Shown here: one piece after another, positions 60,630 to 64,000 of the stretch
How positions within the stretch are numbered: the first letter of the stretch is position 1
Layout: each line of letters opens with the position of its first letter
Assembly: GCA_030141605.1 (NCBI GenBank)
Contig: JAQGDQ010000107.1
Span: 280,514 to 344,513 of the forward strand
Direction of reading: 5' to 3'
From: Tubiluchus corallicola
Lineage: Eukaryota > Animalia > Priapulida
Length of the DNA: 64,000 nt
Notes under the pieces: generated by a model
Seen by the model: only the letters and a program-made list of their open reading frames with translations
Told to the model about the DNA's origin: nothing
Databases searched by the model: none
Made by a program: the position numbers and the translations under genes

Positions 60630-62045
60630 CTATAAAAAGAAAACAACTATTTGGAAATCACCGCGAGAATAACCATTATAATAACAAAAATTACTTTCCC
60701 CTGGTGTACCTGTTTTGGTTTATTTTTTACAAAAAAAAATCCAAAACAAACGGACAGTGATAGTTTGGTGTTCGAATCTCAAGAATTCTGTAACCTGGAT
60801 GTTTTGTACATATTATCCCAATCAACGTTAGGATTTTTAGAACTAAGCCTTATATTAAAAAGCTATAATCAAGTCACAAAAACAGGTCGATGGGTTTTAT
60901 TACAATTTCCTACTGTCACCTATAGTTGAAGGCCACAATTTGCGTCACATGCTTTAAACATTGCCAGTCTGTGACAAATGCAGTAAAAGAGATAATTTCA
61001 ATAATTATTGTCAAGTACTGGTTCTACCAGGTCGTGAAGGTCTTACAGGACTTTTGGACAACTTTAACTTTCCCAGGTATTTCGGCCTCAGTAGTATAGA
61101 TGTTTTGCCTCTGGCCGATTTCCCCACCCCCCCTTTGGCTGCCCGGGGGGGTGGGGAAAAACACCCCTAAAAAAGTGCGAAAATCCGCGAAAACCCCTAA
61201 AAAAGTGTGAAAACCCGTGTGAAAGTGCGCACGTGACCGAAATCGACGAAAAAGCGCGAAAAACAAAGAAAAACGAAGAAAAGGCGTGTGAAACGAGGTA
61301 AAAATTTTGCAGTTTTTCCCTCCCGCATGGCTTCATTTGGATCGAATGACCTTGAACTCTAGGTCACGTGACCAAAGTTCATTGACCCCTGGATGGCTTC
61401 TTTTTTTGACACCCCATTTTAAACCGCGCAAAACCGCGCGAAAGCATGTGAAAGTGTGTGAAAGCGCGTGAAAGTGTGTGAAAGTGCGCGAAAGCGTGTG
61501 AAAGTGTGTGAAACGAGGTAAAAAGCGCCTCAAACGAAGAAAAAGGGAGAAGTGGAGTTCCCGCCGAGGACTAATTAGTGCTAATTGGCGCTAATTGGCG
61601 AGCCCCTGCCACCCCTCCGCCGCGTGCAAACGTCCGTCCCGGGGGTCGGGGACACCCCCCCTGCAACCCACCCCTCCGTCACGTGGAATCGTCCATTGCA
61701 GGCAATGAGGGAAATCTTCCCCCCCCCCACTCGCGCAGTGCCGGCCCTTTTCCGCGACCACTTCTCTCTCTCGGGTGCCCTCCCTTTTCCGCGACCACTT
61801 CTCTCGCGGGTTTAGATGTGTGTGTGTGTGTGTGTGTGTGGAGATTTATTTCAAACGCCAAAGTTCGATAAATGCATTTTCACAAATCTTTTTTATTGAT
61901 GGATTACAAAAAATTTTTTTTACATTTTTTTATGCAAAATACATACGTGCTAAAACTAGATTATTATTATTATTATGGTGACGTGATAGTTCTACATTTT
62001 ACGTTTTTTTCGCAAATTACACAAATTATGCAAATTACAGTAAAA

Positions 62046-62646
62046 CTACACTAATGACGACGAGCGAGTACATGGATTGTCGTCGTCGTCGTCGATGTGA
62101 TACAGACAAACGTTATTGTTGTTAAAAACGAATTCGTTAAATTTGCGGAAAACGTGAGAGAAATCCTCGACCTTTGTCCCGCCCATCATTATTATGCTTC
62201 CGGTGTGAAAAATGTTCAGAGTAATTTGCTCGCATTTGCAAGTTAGTTTGGGAAATAGTTCCACTTCGTAAAACACTTCTCTAAAAGAATGCGTCGAAGG
62301 ACGAACGAGTTCTTCGTACAGTGCACCCAGTTTCAATCTGCAGCGAATTTTGGCTCTGGCGGTGATGGTGCGAATTGCGATCCCGTCGGCGGGCGTCAGT
62401 CCGAGACCTTTCGAGAGTTCTTCGATCGCATTGCGTAGTACTTTTTCCTCCGAAAAACCGTTGGCCACCACGGAGCCGGAGGCAAAAATCATCAGCGTCC
62501 CGCCCAGTCGCTTTAGCAGAAGCATTTGCGGTTTTCTTTCGTAGCGTCTTCCGCCCGTTCTCCGCCGGAGTTCGTTCAGATCGAAGCGCTGCGAGAACGA
62601 AGCCGTGGCGACGATGTTGACCGTTTGGACTGACACGTTAGAACAT
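62046..62646 (-). CDS. Divergent intronless TATA-binding protein (TBP)-fold protein (~199 aa); start codon apparently one base out of frame
   Basis: Two TBP half-repeats: VNIVATA...FDL...Y...TLMIFASGSVVANG and TITARA...LKL...YEVELFPKL...TLNIFHTGSIIMMG, at TBP-like spacing. Minus-strand AATAAA downstream (~61845, ~61892). Confidence 0.85.
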
Positions 62647-63088
62647 AGTTGGCAATCGTTTCGGACGCCCGAACCGCTCTGCCTCGTCCGTTGCTCTGCC
62701 AACGTATGGCGGGCGGCGGGTGGTCGCTTTCCAGATCCTCTACGCGTATGACCACGCGATTTTTGGGGAGATGTTTTTTGACGAAATCGTACATCTCTGC
62801 TCCCTTGACGTAGGTGATCCTGCCTCTGGTGGTCTGTCGTAGAATGTTTTCCAATTCTGCGTACTCGATCATTCCCTCCTCCCACGAGATGCCGTGTATG
62901 TGTCTGATTAGGTAGTTGTAGGTGGATCGCTTGTGCTGGGGAACACGATTCCAGGGGTGGGGCGGTTTGAAGGTGTAGTTGTGATATATGCCGGTCTCTA
63001 TTTCGCGAATTACCAAATTTTTGACCAGGTATTCTTCTTTTCCGCACTGGAAGGCATCTACGGTGAGAACTATGCTCGATTCAGACAT
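62576..63088 (-). CDS. Polinton-associated DEDD/PolB-exonuclease-like protein
   Basis: ATG start; pattern VD.F...Y.VK.L.I...Y.FKPP.PW...L..HIHG..W..G...Y..L...YVKG.E...VEDL, recalled from small ORFs of animal Mavericks. Not confirmed by search. Confidence 0.65.
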   Translation of the reverse strand: MSESSIVLTVDAFQCGKEEYLVKNLVIREIETGIYHNYTFKPPHPWNRVPQHKRSTYNYLIRHIHGISWEEGMIEYAELENILRQTTRGRITYVKGAEMYDFVKKHLPKNRVVIRVEDLESDHPPPAIRWQSNGRGRAVRASETIANYVLTCQSKRSTSSPRLRSRSASI

Positions 63089-63377
63089 CTGTGACGATGG
63101 GGGGTCCTTCTACGCCGTCGGCAACGAGTTTTCCTTCGATGACGATTTGCTTGTGATTGTTCACAAATTCCAGAGACTTGATTTTTTCGAAGGTGTATTT
63201 TTTTATGACCTTGTTGGGGGCACTCTTGCGTGCGTTGGCGCGCTTGCCGCCCCGCGTCCCCGCTTGTTGTTGTTGCTTGCGAGGAACTGGACAAACTGGA
63301 CGGAAAGAAGTCTGCCAGACACGGACGTCGGCACCTCCGCCCCTCCGTGTAAAAGCAGACGCGAGAGAGGGACACGA

Positions 63378-63827
63378 ATGGACATCTTTCGAGAGGAGGA
63401 GGAGGAAGAGGAGAAAGATGATGATAAAGAAGAAGACAAACTCGTAATTTCCGCGACGCCCCCTCCATCGCCGCCGATGGTGCTCACCCCCACTGCCCCC
63501 AAAAAACCTAGAAATCTGAAAGAATGGCTCATCAAAAATGCCTAGTTGTCGTTAGCGAACAACAATACTATAACTATTGTTCTTCTTCTCTTGCAGGATT
63601 TCAAACAACCTCTAACCACCGTTCCTCGCAAGCAACAACAACAAGCGGGGACGCGGGGCGGCAAGCGCGCCAACGCACGCAAGAGTGCCCCCAACAAGGT
63701 CATAAAAAAATACACCTTCGAAAAAATCAAGTCTCTGGAATTTGTGAACAATCACAAGCAAATCGTCATCGAAGGAAAACTCGTTGCCGACGGCGTAGAA
63801 GGACCCCCCATCGTCACAGATGTCTGA
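63378..63827 (+). CDS. Small, probably spliced protein: acidic N-terminus plus a basic H3-tail-like segment (~98 aa)
   Basis: ATG at 63378 (MDIFREEEEEEEKDDDKEEDKL); phase-0 donor GTAATT at 63444 (alternative at 63480); strong polypyrimidine acceptor TTCTTCTTCTCTTGCAG at 63596; exon DFKQPLTTVPRKQ...ARKSAP...VTDV*, whose stop overlaps the next ATG. Confidence 0.55.
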
Positions 63828-64000
63828 ATCGAGCATAGTTCTCACCGTAGATGCCTTCCAGTGCGGAAAAGAAGAATACCTGGTCAAAAATTTGGTAATT
63901 CGCGAAATAGAGACCGGCATATATCACAACTACACCTTCAAACCGCCCCACCCCTGGAATCGCGTTCCCCAGCACAAGCGATCCACCTACAACTACCTAA
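63820..64000 (+). CDS. Second (inverted) copy of the exonuclease-like ORF, truncated by the window end
   Basis: MSESSIVLTVDAFQCGKEEYLVK..., reverse-complement match to 62908-63088. Confidence 0.7.
   Translation, partial: MSESSIVLTVDAFQCGKEEYLVKNLVIREIETGIYHNYTFKPPHPWNRVPQHKRSTYNYL

Larger units (their letters stand above)
61090..64000. mobile_element. Polinton/Maverick-like (adintovirus-like) element, left end; continues beyond the window
   Basis: Begins AGTAGTA, a Polinton-type terminal motif. ~750-bp GC-rich TIR-like tract with short internal repeats (GAAAGTGTGT/GAAAGCGCGT), abrupt rise in GC/CpG, tightly overlapping ORFs including a Polinton-type exonuclease-like family. pPolB, integrase and capsid genes are not seen in the window. 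Confidence 0.72.
62908..64000. repeat. Near-perfect inverted duplication, 62908-63287 vs 63621-64000, with a 333-bp spacer
   Basis: 380-bp arms match as reverse complements with one mismatch noticed; the right arm runs to the window edge. Confidence 0.95.

Noticed and set aside
62647-63047. N-terminal 130 aa of the 333-aa ORF in the track
   Set aside because: Starts at GTG and overlaps the ATG-initiated exonuclease-like ORF in another frame; no recognisable features before the TBP fold.
61090-64000. Bacterial or archaeal contamination as the source of the GC-rich TBP region
   Set aside because: A Polinton-type terminus, a spliceosomal-type acceptor, AATAAA signals and a (TG)n tract fit a eukaryotic virus-like element better; read-level confirmation is still needed.

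Overview
AT-rich, intron-containing animal genomic DNA, probably from an invertebrate. From left to right: (1) the last five exons of a clan-2 (CYP2-like) cytochrome P450; (2) a broken 5S rDNA array whose ~0.8-0.95 kb units each carry one intact 5S gene and a degenerate 5S-like copy. The array is interrupted by an orphan C-type lectin exon, a LINE relic, a secreted Gly/Tyr-rich protein gene, a minisatellite and a BEL/Pao gag-protease fragment. (3) A secreted Tyr/His-rich orphan gene whose start codon is split by an intron; (4) a ~1408-aa GH18 chitinase-like gene with substituted active-site residues, ~41 His/Tyr/Glu/Pro repeats and a CBM14 domain; (5) twelve exons of a PLEKHG7-like RhoGEF, with hAT MITEs in its introns. 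The most interesting feature starts at 61090: a GC-rich Polinton/Maverick-like insertion with an AGTAGT terminus. It carries a compact overlapping gene set: a small protein with a histone H3-tail mimic (PRKQ...ARKSAP...KK), a Polinton-type exonuclease-like protein, and a divergent intronless TBP-fold protein. These sit in a near-perfect fold-back inverted duplication that runs off the window end. All family assignments are from motif recognition by eye; no searches were run.
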